Of a stretch of DNA of 64,000 bases, positions 35,756 through 49,491 are shown piece by piece. The notes beneath the pieces were generated by a model, which did no database searches, was not told where the DNA came from, and saw only the letters and a program-made list of their open reading frames with translations. How positions within the stretch are numbered: position 1 is the stretch's first letter; each line of letters starts with the position of its first letter. Source of the DNA: Vicugna vicugna (lineage: Eukaryota). The stretch lies in contig MU062417.1 in the NCBI GenBank assembly GCA_013265495.1, positions 4,712,001 through 4,776,000 of the forward strand, in the 5' to 3' direction. A program made the translations under genes and the position numbers.

Positions 35756-37214
35756 AGTTCATTTCCAACCCTGTGTGATTCTGAGCAGGAGAGCTCTCTG
35801 CAGACCTGATACAGCCACCTCCTCCTCCTCCTCAAAGCCAGACACACTAAAATGCCACAATACGAAGAACTGTCCTGCCTTCTTTCTGTCCTTCTGCTCA
35901 TGAAGAACAATGTTGGTAGTTTTAATTTATATGTTTAGTCAAGTGCTAACGTCCCAAGCATCTTGACAAAACTTCTTCAAGCTTTCAAAATAAAATTTTG
36001 GAAGCAAATACTCCCAACAGGAGATAAAAATGGGCTCAGACTTTTTGACACTCTATATTTTCTTATTCATTTATTCAACAAAATGTTAAACTCGGTGAGG
36101 GAAACAAACTTGTCTGAAACACTGATTGTGCCTTCAAAGGGTTTGTAATCTAGTTGGTCTAGACAAGGTGTGATTGTTACTGTGGGTCACTGTAGGGCAG
36201 AATCTAATCAATGTCTTAAGGGAAGAACAAAATGTCAGAGGGATTCAGAAAAGAAAGGGATTGAACTGTGTTGTGGGATCCAGAGGGAAATAGAAGAAAA
36301 AGGCCACCATGAATAAAATGCATTTCATCTACTTACACGTTATCCTTGATTTCTCTCGGTCCTTTTTTAAAAAAACTTTTACCCCACTTCTGACATTCAT
36401 TCTGTCCTTTTGCCTTCTCCTTTCATTTGTTAACTTCACTCTTTCCCAGTGGGTCTGCCTGCTAAAAATAGATGAGCACTTGGTCTGAAGCTGCAAGGGA
36501 GCCAAGGTGATGCAAAAGCTCTGTCAAAAATCTATGCTGTGTTCAGTGAGCCGACCTAGATGGGAGATGACCTAGGTGTGGGCCTGACTCTAACTTGCGT
36601 TGTCATCTTCAGCAAGTCTGTTTTCTATATCTTAATTTCACCAACTGGAGCGGTAGTAAAAATAATGTAATTATTATTTACTTTTCTCAGTACAGCAAAA
36701 TGTCTAAATCACCTTTCCAAGGATCCAGTGGTGAACTTCTTTTCCAAAGCCAATACTGATGTACATGGTCCGAAAAGATTTTTGGATTGCAAGATTATGT
36801 ATATTTATATATATAAATATATGTATAATTTTAAAATTCTTGCCAAGAAGTGAACATTAAATCACATTTATTTATGTATTTTCTAAAAATTTTTTTATCG
36901 AAAGCAATGAAATCATCCAAAATTAAGACTGTCACAGGAAATCTAGGACTTTGGGGCATTATTTCTTCATTGGTTAATCAGTAAAGGAAAGTAAGTTATA
37001 GAAGACCCCTGTTATGCCACCTGTTTGCCACCGTTGCTCCAGGTCATCGTTGTCCACTGGTGTCTCCATATTCATTCTGCAGAGGACCCTGGACACAGTC
37101 CTTCCTGCCTAATGATACAGGGAGTATGTGTCCTGCCTTCAAATGTTTTAGCTGCTCTTTGCTTCCACATCTTGGCTTCACTGAAGTCTTTTTGTGTAAT
37201 GATTGCTTAATTCT

Positions 37215-37760
37215 CATCACAAAAAAATCTTTCCTCTACCTTCTTATGTTTGTACCTGGGGCCTGTAAATTAAATTGACAAAGCCAGGTTAATGGAAGAA
37301 AAAGCATGTAATTTAAATTGATGTTAATATTTTGTTTTAAGAGTGTACAGGGGCTTCACTTAAAAAAAAAACAAAGAAGTGGCTAAACTTGGGGACTTAC
37401 ATGCTATGTTAACAAAGGGCAGTAAATTGTAGAGAAGCAATTAGACAAAGGAAGGAGAGTTTGGACTTCTAGAGCTGATAAATTATGGGAAGTGACTAGG
37501 AAATATATGGGGGAAGCTAATGTAGTTAAGGGTTATTTAGCAAGGCTTCCTTTGCAAGGATTCATCTTAGTGCCATTTCTGTCTCTGGTGATACAGGAGA
37601 CAGGAGAAGGAGACACCTCACAGGGGAAATTTACACCCTGCTTTTAGACAGATGGGAAGAGGGGCAGAGAGCTCTTCTCACATCTGCTTTTTCTCAGTTG
37701 CCTTTGGCTCACAATAATCCTCATGCCAACGTGGCATACTTTGGGCTGGCTTAACTATCT
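37215..37760 (-). mobile_element. Solo LTR, ERV1 class (MER34-like)
   Basis: The reverse complement of the right end (gccagcccaaagtatgccacgttggcatgaggattattgtgagccaaaggcaactgag) resembles MER34-type LTR starts. Confidence 0.65.
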
Positions 37761-38789
37761 CCAAGCTTGACCAGGTGCGGGGCAGGACAAACAGAAGTGT
37801 CAGAGTCTCAGCTTGAGCCCTGCTTGTCTGATGAGCAGATCCCATTCAGCCCATCAGTGGCTTTAGAAACTCTGTAGTCCTTTAGAGACTAAAGTTCTTA
37901 CTTCTGAGTTTTCAGGCAGACAGAAGAGACCAAAACCCAACAATTCATACATGAAAAATACCCATATTTAATGAACTATTTTAGCAAAAGCAGAATACCT
38001 TTTACACTGCATGAGATTGATCCATCCACTTTGGTTGAAATAATGGTTTTGTGAAGTCAGGGCATGGAACATCCTCTCCTAGCTGGATGAGATACTCAAA
38101 TTATCATCTCTGGAAAGGAACAAAAGGAGAAACAGGTGGTAGGGGGCAAAACGGCTCCTCTCCCCACCTAAAGCTCCTCAGTGGGCTGCCACTCTGAGAT
38201 GACGCCTGGTGAGTGACAGCCCCACCTGCTTAGGTGCCCCCAGTCCCACACCTGTTGCCATCATCCTGCACCAGGAAGCTGCACCTCGGATTGTGTACAT
38301 TTCCCTCAACGTGATTTAATCATCCACGCAATCCACTTTTCGTCTTTAAAAAAGTTATTTGGGCTATCCAGAATCAACATGCAACAGGAATACAGCTCAA
38401 TGTGCTCCATTCTTTCCCAGATAAGGATTGTAGTTCCACCTTTTCAGTTGGAATTAGCATAACAATCCACTGGGGTTTACTCACTGGAGGAAATACCTGG
38501 AGTCCTCTTTAAGCACTGCTTAATTACATCCTGTTATTTATCCCTTTTATTAGAGGTTAACTAATTAGCACCCAGCCAACTCCATTTTTAATCTAATGTA
38601 TTTCTCTTTCTCTCCAGACTGCCCATGTCCTGTGTCCTCTATGTTAGAAAGCCTTGAACCAGGTGACAAGCTAAGAGTCTGTCTTCTCTTCTAGGTGACC
38701 AAGGCCCCCTTTTCAAGGCCCATCCAGCTGCCCCTGCCTTGGGTCTGAGCCGTATCCTCTTTAGCCCTGGGTTTCATTTGTTGCAGTGA

Positions 38790-38910
38790 AAAAGGACCCA
38801 GGCTTTGGAGCCAGACAAATGTGGGTTTCAATGTTAGCTTGGCCATTTAGCAGCTCAGGAACTTTGGGTAAGTTCTGGTTTTCTCTTTTCACATCTTTTC
38901 AATGGGATGG
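38790..38910 (+). mobile_element. MIR SINE fragment
   Basis: ggctttggagccagaca...gggtttcaa...actttgggtaagtt. Confidence 0.65.
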
Positions 38911-39468
38911 TTACTAACACGTAGACTAATTATTCAGAATGTTACTCAACAAATCTTACTCCATTTCTCTTAGAGAAATTTTTAAGAAGCTAGGAGATGT
39001 CTGTGAGGCAGCATTTCTAATTTATACATCATCCTCTCCACGGATGTGCCATTGGCAAAACTCCAAGTGTAACTGGAAAGCACAGGTGGGTTCTTGTGTC
39101 ATCAAGTCAGGCTGCTCCGTGGGCCCAGCTGTTAACCCAAGTGTTTGCCCATCAGCCAATGTGACATAAAGGACTCCTGGATTCTTTCCACTGCTCCCAC
39201 TATCCTGGACTGCTCCATCCCCTCTCCTCCCAGTTTCCTGTGTCTCAGTACCTCCCTCCATTTATACAAGCACAAATCTCACTGAACCCTTCTGTGACCA
39301 CTTTAGCAAGAAAGGCAATCCTTCTCTCTAGTTTTCTCCAACCATCACTGCCTTTCACTTATCTATTTCTTACTGTTTTCTGCACAGTGCTTGTCTTTTC
39401 ACCAGAGTTGTGTGAGAAATTTGCTTGACACAGCAGTAGCCTCTAGTTCCACTAATGGGCAACCTATC

Positions 39469-39820
39469 TGCCTTAGTCATTCTGGATGCTGTAACAGAAG
39501 TACCAAGGAGTGAGTGGCTTAAACATTTGTTTCCCACAGTTCTGGAGGCTGGGAAGTCCAGTATCAAGGTTCCAGCAGATCTGATGTCTGGTGAGGACCT
39601 GTTTCCTGGTGCATATCTTCGTAATGTAACTCACAGGCCAGAAAGGGCGAGAGAACTCCCTGGGGTCCTTTTATAAGTGCACTAATTCCACTCATGAGGG
39701 CTCCCCCTTCATGACCTCACCCCCTCCTAAATACCCCACCAGGATCCTAATACCATTGCCTTGGGGGTTGGGACTTCAACATATGAATTTTGAGGGGACA
39801 CAAACATTCAGTCTCTAGCA
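39469..39820 (-). mobile_element. MLT1A-like MaLR solo LTR
   Basis: cacagttctggaggctgggaagtccagtatcaaggttccagcagat ... gaattttgaggggacacaaacattcagtctctagca. Confidence 0.9.
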
Positions 39821-41887
39821 TACTACTTGCTCCTATACTTAGGTTTCCTCATTTTGTGTAGCAGAATGGAGTCACCTTAGATATTGCAGCAGATTCACGT
39901 ACAACCCCTGTCCATATTATCTGCCAAGCAACTCTATCAGCTCTGATCATGTACTTTGACAGAATTTCTACAATCCTCTGGCCAAGCTATGGCGAATAAC
40001 TGGACCAGGGATACTGTAACTCACTGATTGCTATGATTGTGCTCAGAAAATAGCCGAGAACCCTCCGTCTCCCTGCCTGGCACCCACCAGCCTCTCTGCT
40101 CCATCTGTGTTCTTAACACATCTTTCCAACACCCTACTCCACACACAATCACTGTTGCTGGCTTCTCTGGCCACCATTTCCTGCTCCTCTGATGTGGTTT
40201 TTGATGTATGCTGCCAGGGTACCCAGGGCTACTTCTCTGGAGAGACCCACCCAGACCCTCAGCCTCTGGACTAGTCCACCCAACCAGCTGTCCCTGGGCC
40301 CCCTTGGCTCCACCAACAGTCCAGGAGCATCAGGCACTTTCCAAATCCTCCCCGGAACAGGCAGCTTTAATCCTCTCATGTTCTCTACAAGCACTTCTGA
40401 CCAACGGAGCTGCTTCCGCTCAACTGCTCAACCAAGGCTCACAAACAGGGTCACTCTGAAATGCGCTTATGCGAGTCGTTGTTGGTTTAGAGCAGAATCC
40501 AGGCAGGAGGGTGTACAGGCACTTCCTGGCCCCAGGCATAAACACCACATATATTTTTTTCCCTTTCAGAAGGGATATTTTTCGTGCTCATAATGAAGTG
40601 TGGTCAGAACATATTCTCTTCTAGAATATTAGGTCAGCCAGAGGTTTTTCCTTCTGTTTTATACATGTGAATAAAAATGGGACTCAGCAAAGCATGCCGT
40701 TAAATATTTCACCCATGTGTCAGCAGATGCAATTCTAGAGCAGACACTTTTTTTTCTGGGGTGATGTTGTTGATTTAAAGGGAAAGGTGGGAGATTAGCA
40801 AACACCTGTGCCTTTAGCAGTAGCTTCAGTCTTTGGGTTGGGAAAAACACAGAAATATCTAAATGTTATTTAACATCTAAATAATTATCTAGAAATGGTA
40901 AGGATTTCCACTTGGAAGTTAACAAGTCTGAAGTATACAAAACTGCAGAATGCTGAAAATATTAGGTTCTTTTTTGTCTTATGAGGACTCCTGTTTCTGT
41001 CCCTTCTCTCCAGTTGACAAAGGAATCAAGAAAAATGCTGGAGATGGACTTGAACATTCCCTGTAGGGCAGCCCTGGCAAAGGCTTTTTCCATATTAAAT
41101 TGCCCAAGACCTTGCACTGCAGAAGGTGTATATGCATGTGTACATATATACACTTACATATACACATATGTGTGTGTATTACATTTATTTTTCCTTCTTG
41201 AAACACCCATTTCCAATCTCCCTCTCTATACCAGGCCTCATTTTTGTAAAACCCATTGTTCCTTCCCCACCCCTTACAATTGAAAGGGGTTTTCTTCTGC
41301 CCACTTTGTGTGAAGGTTAACTCATTCACTCGTGACAGGATGCATGCAAATTCAACGCTCACAAAATTCAGAGACCGATTTTCTTCCACCCCTAGCCTGG
41401 GTTTCCTCACCTGTTGATGCATCTTCCATTCACTATCATTTTGGAAGGTCAGCCACCATCACCGGGTGATGATTGACAGGCTGGAACGCAGGTGGGGCAG
41501 GCAGCACCGAGGAGCACTGCAGAGCAGGAGATCAGCTGCTCACATTAGGCCATAAGATGAAGTGCCAGACATCCCCACGAGTCAGCACCTCAAGGTCAGC
41601 TCGTGTCTGTCTCTCTGACTCCTCCTGCACACCTTCAAGTCCTGTTTTGAGGGGAGGCAGAGGCAGTTGTTTCCAGGGTAATTACAATGACAAGATGGGT
41701 TGACAGACATAGGCCATACACTGTTTAGTGGCCAAAGTATCCCATAAGCTAAGGGATTCTGTGGACACCTGCAATTCCCAACCTCCCTGCCTACTTCTTG
41801 GATGGCTAAGGCGCCACTGTGAAGAGAGGTCAGTGTAAAATACCCTGCACAGGATCTAGAACAAGGAACACTCAGTAAATGAGGACT

Positions 41888-42240
41888 CATCTCAGTCTGC
41901 CCGGGCTGCCTAACGAAGGACCACAGACTGAGTGGCTTAGAGAACAGGTATTTATTTCCTCACAGTTCTGGAGGCCAGAAGTTGAGATCAGGGTGTGGGC
42001 AGGGGTGGTTTCTTCTGAGTCCTCTCCTTGGTTGGTAGATGGCCTCACGTGAACTTTCCTCTGTGTATCTGTATCCTAATCTCTTCTTCTTATAAGGGCA
42101 CCAGTCACATTGAATTAGGGCCCACCCTGATGTCCTCATTTTTCACTTAATTACCTCTTTCAAAACCTGGTCTCCAAATATATCACATTCTGAGGTACTG
42201 GGAGTTTGGAAATTAACATATGAATTTTGGTGATGCAACA
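41888..42240 (-). mobile_element. MLT1B/C-like MaLR solo LTR
   Basis: cacagttctggaggccagaag...cttataagggcaccagtcacattgaattagggcccaccct...cacattctgaggtactggg. Confidence 0.88.
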
Positions 42241-42344
42241 GAACTGTTGTTAACTTTTCCCAGGAAGAGGCTTTCACCCCTCAAATTGTTCTTCGTGATC
42301 CTCTCCCCCAGGAGGTAGCTCTGCGTAGGCTCTGGCATCAGCCA

Positions 42345-42500
42345 AAGGTGGACTTGGACCCCAGCTGGATCCTTTCTAGCTGTGTGACCTTAGGTAGGTT
42401 ACTTAATATCTCTGAGGTCAGTTTCCTCTGCTGGGAAACAGGGACAAAATATACACTCCTCAGGATAAGCCTGAGGATCCAATGAGATGATATCAAAGAG
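42345..42500 (+). mobile_element. MIR SINE
   Basis: ctagctgtgtgaccttaggtaggttacttaatatctctgaggtcagtttcctc. Confidence 0.8.
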
Positions 42501-44129
42501 CCTGGCTTGATACCTGGCTCAGTACCCGGACCCCCTACCTTTTTTCCCTCTGGACTCATTCACTTCTCTGAGGTCCCCAAGAACATCCCATCCAGAGATC
42601 AGACAGATGCATTTGTTTCTGCTCAGATAAGCAGCTGCCTGCTGGGCCAATTGCTATGCTGACCCTGGGACATCCTGGAACCTCCAGGGAAGGATCTCAG
42701 TCCCCCGGGGCCCTCATCTCTTCCTGGTTCCACATGCACAGCTGAACCTGCTCATTCAGCTCCTGGCCTGGGTTGGGGGTGGGGACAGGCTAGGGAGCCT
42801 CACCTCCAAGGGCACCTGTCTTCAAACAAGCAGGGGGCAGGGTGTAGATGTCAGAGCGGCGGGAGACTGAAATTAGGAGGCTCCAGGTTTGGATTGCAGC
42901 CAAGGCGAAAGCCACTTGCACCAGTTGTAAGACTCCAGTGACTCTGGCAATTCCCCAGGCTGGGGAAGATGACCTGTCACTTGTCAGGAGGGTCAGAAGC
43001 AATTGCTCAGAGCAGTGGAGGAGAGGGAGGAGACAAGGAGAGGGCCAGATTTGCTGGGAGAGCTTGGCTCTCCTTGCTGGGGAAGGCACAGAGGACGGCC
43101 CTGAATTCAGAGAAGTTTCTCAATCAGAAGGAGCTTCGCAGGGCAGCTAGAATCAGTCCCTTACAAGTTGTGTCCCCACATCCATCTCTCCCACACTTGC
43201 CCGCTGGCTCCGCTGAGGTGGGGACTCTGGTGGGCAGCCCCCTCTGGCAGAGGAATGAGGGAGAAGGAAGAGGTCAGCCCTGTAAGGCAAGTCTGTTGTG
43301 CTTGGCAGAGGTGGTAGTGTCAGGGTTATTTGGGTGTTGTGTTCATAGCACCCCCTTTCTTCCCAAGACAACAGGAAGTAGACACAGGTTAGGGAAGCAA
43401 TGGACACTCCGTAGCCCAAGTGTCTTTGCTGGGGGCGGGCGAGGAAGGAAACAGGAAGAGGGCTTTCCAGTCTCTCCCAGCTTATCTGTTAAAGACACAG
43501 ATGTCTCCCAGCCCTCCTGTCCCTTAGCCCAGTCCAGCTCTGTGTCCGGAGCCCTTTCCCCACCAGCTGGCAGGCCCTGGGCTTGGCTGGGTGGCCCAGG
43601 CCTGGCCCTTCACCGTGATTTCCCGATCTCTGCTCCACATCTCTCCTGGGCCTGGGCTCTTGCTGCCTGACTCTTATTTCCCTTGGCTGGGTCTGGTGGT
43701 CAGGACTTTCCCACATGGGGCTAGATGCTGCCCGTTGAACTCTCACCTCCTGGATATGGGGCTGCTCTATCTGCTGGGATTGAAAGGCCCTGCACCCCAA
43801 GAGTAACCCCCTTCGCATGCCGCTAGCAGCTGGAGGTGTGCTGGAGCTAGCTAGCCACTGTCCTCTCACCACAAGACTTTGTGTTTCCTGCCCTTCCCTC
43901 CTTCTCCCCCTAGTGGCTGCCACTCCTGCCACTGTGGAGTCAAGTGTGCCTCCTGGCTAAGCCCACAAGCCCTAGGGTCTGGGAGAGTGTCAGTGTGGGA
44001 GATGCACACGGCAGTGGGCTATAGACCAACTGCGGGCGCCCCCTGAGCCGTCTATGACCTCTCCCACTCTCTTCTCCCATATTTCCTGGCAGCTTGCCCA
44101 TCTGTCTCACTGTCTCTGAGCATAGACTT

Positions 44130-44440
44130 TTACCACCTCTCACCTGGATACTGCCCCGGCCTCCTAACTTGTCCCCCTGTCTTTCTTGCTTCTGTGAACC
44201 CTACACACTGCTGCTGGATTAATGTTCTGAAACACAGCTCTAATCATATTTCCTGATTACGAATGTTTCTGATTCTTGCCGGCCACATTCCAAGTGTCTG
44301 CAGCAGAACCTCTACCTCCTTTCTCAACGTCAACCCTTGGTCTGGAGTCACCCTTGGCTCCGTGTCTTCCTTGGATGTGCTCAGTATTTCTTTCTTGAGT
44401 ACTCTGGCTCACACTGTTCACTCTGCCCCAGATCTCTTCT
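44130..44440 (+). mobile_element. L2 fragment
   Basis: cacctggatactgccccggcctcctaacttgtcccc...aaacacagctctaatcat is typical L2 text. Confidence 0.6.
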
Positions 44441-44907
44441 CCTGGGACTCTTGAGACAGTTTAAGAAAGATCTCACCTTGGAGCCTTGTGCATGCACAAG
44501 TTTGCTGCCGGTGTGCTCCCCAATCACCTCCCCCCAGAGACTTATGCAACCTCCCCGGATCTGGCTGAGAACTGCCCCACGCCTGAGTGATGCAAAACCA
44601 GAGTCATAACCTATCTCAAGAGAGACTTCAAACTTCACTTCTGAATCAATGGGAAATTTGGACAAAACTTCTTTTCTCCATCACTTTCAATTTCAGTTCA
44701 GGAAGACTCACTGAGCCTTCTTCAAAGATATGGTTCTCCTTGCCTGGCAAACAATAAATTCATGTCTATACATTCAGACTACCCTCGTGGTCTTGTTCCA
44801 TGACAAGACCATAGTCAATGTTTTCTTGATTTTTCCAGCCAAAAGTAATCCTCTTGTTTCTCCAACTCCTTCAGCATCTCATGAAGCATGCCTTTATCTT
44901 CTTTTAT

Positions 44908-47340
44908 GCATTCACTTAACAAATATCCAGGCATTGTTATGATACCAGACACGATTATTTACACTGGGTTATGGTAGTGAACAAAACAGACAAAGACAAA
45001 AATCCTAATCTCATGGCACTTACATCATCCACAGATAGAGACAGACAATAAACACACAAAAGTAACATATATCATATGTTAGATGTTGATAGGTCATGAA
45101 GAAAAATAAAGCAAGAACAAAGATACAGACCGTGGGAGGATGGTCAAAATTTTATATAAGAGTGTCTTATAAACTCGACCTAAGCTGTTTTGAGTATGCT
45201 CAATTCTTAGGGTTTTTTGGTAAATGGTGGCAGCCACTAAGAAATCTTAGGTGGGGGTTAGCCACCCGACCAAATGTCACTGTGGGGAAATAAAAGTACA
45301 ACCCAAGCCAGATGCTGCTTATGACATCTACTAACCAAATAATTGTTAGCAAAGCAGGCCTGAAATTCTTCAGAGGACTTGTTCTAGATTCCCATTGACG
45401 TTTCCATATTTCCAAGGTTTTGTGCCTTCTTGTTGGGATCATGCACCACAAATCCCTCCAAGCCAACATTTGGATACCAGACAGAGTAGGGATCAAATCC
45501 GGTGCACCCTTTTAGGTAAGAGTAGGGAGTCCCTAAATGATTGCAGCCAATTATTAGAGCCAGTCTCCAGTAATTCTACCTAAGGAAGCCAATACTTCAC
45601 TTTCACTGTGCTTCTTAACATGTTGCTAGTTTCACCAACAAAGGTTTATCTTTTAAATTTAGTGCACTAATCAGCAAAGTGTTGGTTGTTGCTTAAGACG
45701 GGGTAATAGAAATTCTTTGAGTGGCAGCCTCGAAGCACGGACTCTTCTGGTAGAATACCAGCTGCGTAGTCCTGGACTGTGCTTTTTTTTTTTTTTAAAT
45801 TAAAGTATAGCTGATTCACAATGTTCTATTTGTTTTAGGTAAACAACACAGTGATTTGATATTTTGACAGATTATACTCCATTTCAAGTTATTATAAAAT
45901 ATGGACTCTATTCCCTGTGCTGTACGTCACACCCTTGTATCTTATTTATTTTATATCTAGTAGTTTGTACCTTTTAATCCCCTTCGCCTATCTTGCCCCT
46001 CCCCAACAAACTGCGCTTTTTTGATGGCACATTAACTGACTGTCTCTAGAATTAAAATTTAAATGAGCTGGCACATACATAATACCTCACTGACTGTACT
46101 CAAGTATTTTAAAGTAAATTACAAATATTATAACAGGTGTTGAGGAAAGACCTCACTGGGAAAGGGATGGCTCAAAAGACTTGAAGGTGGTGGGCTTGAC
46201 CCAGTCACATTGTGGGAAACATTCCTCGTTGAAGGAGTAGTAAGTACAATACCCCTGAGACAGGAGTGTGCCTGAGCTGTTTGAAGAACACCAAAGAGGC
46301 CAGTGTGGCTGAAGCTGACCATGGAGGGAGGGAGAGAGCAGTGGGCAGATGGTGCCAGGAAAGCAACAGCACCAGATCCTGTGCAGCCTTGCAAGCCATG
46401 TGAATGAGATGTAAGCCACTGCAGAGTTTTGCACAGAAGAGTAACATGATCTGGCTTCGGTTTTTCATCAGATCAATCAGGTCACCTTGCTGAGAATAGA
46501 CTGATGGGGACAAAGACAAAACCAAGGAGACCAGTTAAGCATCAGTGAAATAGTCCAGGTGAGACCGACCAGGACAGTGAGAAGTGGTCAGATTCTGCAT
46601 GTACACTGCAAGTAGAGCAGCAGGATGTGGTGATGGATTGGCGGTGGGTAGAAGAGAAAGAGAGAACTCAAAGTTGACAAAGCTGTTTGTATTGAGCAAC
46701 CATAAGGCTGGAGTTGCAGTTCACTGACATGGGGAAGAGGGCAGGAGAAGGTATTGGGGCGGACAGATCAGGATTTCAGTTGAACAAGTTTGAAAGTTGG
46801 AGTGGTATTGTGGAGTAGACAGTAGATATAAGAGCCTTACGTTCAACAGAGAAGGACAGGCAGGAGTTATATCTTTGGGAGTAATCAACAAAGAGATGGT
46901 GCTTAAAGCCATGACTCTGGATAAGGTACCCTCATAGAGACAGACAGAAAGTGGACAGAAAAGAGAAGTCCCAAGACCAAGCTCTAAGACTCTCTAGCAT
47001 GAAGCGGTTAGATAGACCAGGAAGAACTAGCAAAAGATTATGAGAAGGAGCCACCAATGAGATGAACACCAGGAGATGGTGTGTCCCAGGAACCAGGGGA
47101 AGACAGTGATCAAGTAGGAGGGCGATCAGCCATGAAGATGAGGACTGAGATCTGACCACTGAGTTTAACAACATGGAGGTCACCGCAGCCCTTGATGGGA
47201 AGTGGTGCAGACAAGCAGTTGGCTGGGGTGGATTCAAGAGGATGGGATGAGCAGAATTGGAGGCATGAGTATAAACCACTCTTCCAATCAGTATTACTGA
47301 AAAGGGCCAGAGAAAAATGGGAGGTAATAGCACCTTTACA
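44908..47340 (-). mobile_element. L2a LINE split by an insertion of about 1 kb (45145-46120)
   Basis: Reverse L2 3' end cattcacttaacaaatat...gtgaacaaaacagacaaa; resumes near 46130 with gaggaaagacctcactg...gaggccagtgtggctg and runs to about 47340. Confidence 0.85.
45785..46009 (-). mobile_element. Short L1 3' end with probable TSD
   Basis: T-tract then taaagtatagctgattcacaatgtt...ttccctgtgctgtac; actgtgctttt (45776-45786) versus actgcgctttt (46010-46020). Confidence 0.85.
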
Positions 47341-49060
47341 GTGTTATTTGCATTAAGTCAATCCCATATTTCTTGACCATCTAATACATGCTAGAGATGG
47401 GCTTGAAATAAACAAAGCTGGAGCCATGTCTCCCACTGGGAGCCACCAGCCAGCAGAGGAAATTCAGCTACAAACAGTGACAGTGTTTTAGTAACAGATT
47501 GTACTAAGTTCTATGGGCATAGAAAGAGGCAGGGACAAACAGTGGGTAAGCTCAGGGAAGTGGCAACTGATCTTGGAGGAAGGGTGGTGGGGCTGGTAGA
47601 GTCAGGGAAGAAAGTTGTTCTCAGCAGAAGGAGGTGAGTGCTGTGATTATGCCCAGTTTACAAGTAAGAAGAATGAGGCCTTCAGAGCTCAGGGCATTTC
47701 TGGAAGAGCTGGGATTGTGATGCAGGTGGCTTGGCCTTTTTCCTTACCGCTCTGTGGTGTGTACAGGTATAAGGGAACAAAGACAGCACATAATGGGGAC
47801 TCAGGAGCGAGTCTGGGGTGCAGCAAACCTCCTTGACTGGCCCAGAGGATCTGTGCCAGGCCAAGCAGAAGGGGAGCTTTCTAGGCTGTTGGTGGGACAG
47901 CTTTGATGGCTGCTCTCTTGGCCCTGGACAGTTGATTGCCAAAAGGGGGCCTTTCTGAGCACAGAAACCAGGGGAGAAGCATCAGGGAGGAAGCCGAGGT
48001 GGGCTGCAATTAGGGACCCCATCACCAGACCCTGAACACCAGGAGGATAACTGATAAGGGGCTTAGCAAACAGGGCAGCGGCAGGAGAACTGGGATGGGA
48101 TGGGCCCCAGCAAAGGGCGTCTCCAAGGAGACCCAGCAGCTTTAGGGCCTGTCAGCCTGGCTGAATGGAGAAGGGGCTCCTTTTCACCTCCTGCGGGGCC
48201 TGAGCTAAATGAGTTTGTCTCCCAAGCTCAGTGTATTTCAGCCGCTGGTTTTCCCCTCCTCATCACACCCTCTGGAGATGCAGGAAGAAAATCAGCCCAG
48301 GAGTAGTGCCCAGTGCAGCAGGCCTTAGATTCCCCTCCTTCCATCTCTTACATAACCCTCCTGCTCTCTCCTTCCAGCCTGCACTCTTCAGCTACGGGTT
48401 CCTGTACTTGTGTTTGCGTGTTTCAACTCCGAGCAACTGCCCACAGGGGCCACCAGGGCCACGTCATGGACTATTCAGCTGAGCGCTGAAGGCGGAGCTC
48501 CTGACTCATCCTGCCCTGGGCCTACAGAGCAGCTGGCCAGCTGCCTGGCCCCATCACTCTGCTGCCTCCGATGGCTCTTCCAGCCCCTCTCCACAGGCAG
48601 GCCCAGCCCCCGTGGGGAAAGGATCCCCGTATTGTAAAGAAGGCAATACAGTGTTACCCATTCAAACTAGAAATAATTCCTGACTCTCAAACGGGCCAGA
48701 TGGAAGACTTTCCTAAGGTCTGGTTTGGGGCAGGGTTTGCAAAGGAAGACCCGAAGCCTTGCTTGGCCAGGTGGAAACAAGCTGACTCAGAAAGCTCATC
48801 CCTGTGATTACTCAGGGAAGACTGTCATTCAGCTTGAATTAAGGTTAATCCAAACCAGGGGGTCCTGGGACACACACATTTGTGAGCATAACTTGGCTGG
48901 TGGATTTGGGGAAAGGTACATTCTGGTGTCCACACTATCTACTTCCTCTGCTTATTATTTGAGATCCAAGCAGGAAAACAACAGGGAAGAGGGCTTGGGG
49001 GAAGCCAAGGGATAGCTGGTGCTTTCAGGCATAGTGTGCTACGATGTTCTCTAATCCGGC

Positions 49061-49491
49061 TGTGAATGAAAAATGTCGCCTGCCATTTAGGCAAACACAG
49101 GATGCTACAGCCATCAAGCCTTCAGTTACTGCAGCCACCCTCAATGATGCAACCTGAGGGGACTCAGGATGGGAAAGCACAGGATACTGGCCCTAGATAT
49201 TAAAGGAATGATTTCCATGAGCCCAAGACTTTTGCATCGTCCCATATAGAAAAGCGCTAAATTCATAAACTTGAGATGTCTAGTTTTCTTTAATTAACAG
49301 TAATCTTTTGATGTTCTGACTACTTGGTTCTTGTTGCAAAATTCCTATATATCCTGGCTCCTCCCTTACCCCTTCGGAGCATTCCCTTAGAGCTATCTGA
49401 GAGGTTGACTCCTGAGCTTGAGTCCTCAGAAAGTCTACTGAAAAAAACATTATTCTCAGCTTTTAGTTTATGCATTTTTTTTCAGTCAACA
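49061..49491 (+). mobile_element. Solo LTR, ERV1 class (cetartiodactyl-type family)
   Basis: TG...CA termini; TATA-like cctatatatcc; colinear with 60686-61208. Confidence 0.8.

Noticed and set aside
42969-43932. 233-aa and 147-aa ORFs
   Set aside because: TTG/GTG starts, no homology I recognise, and no supporting exon structure.
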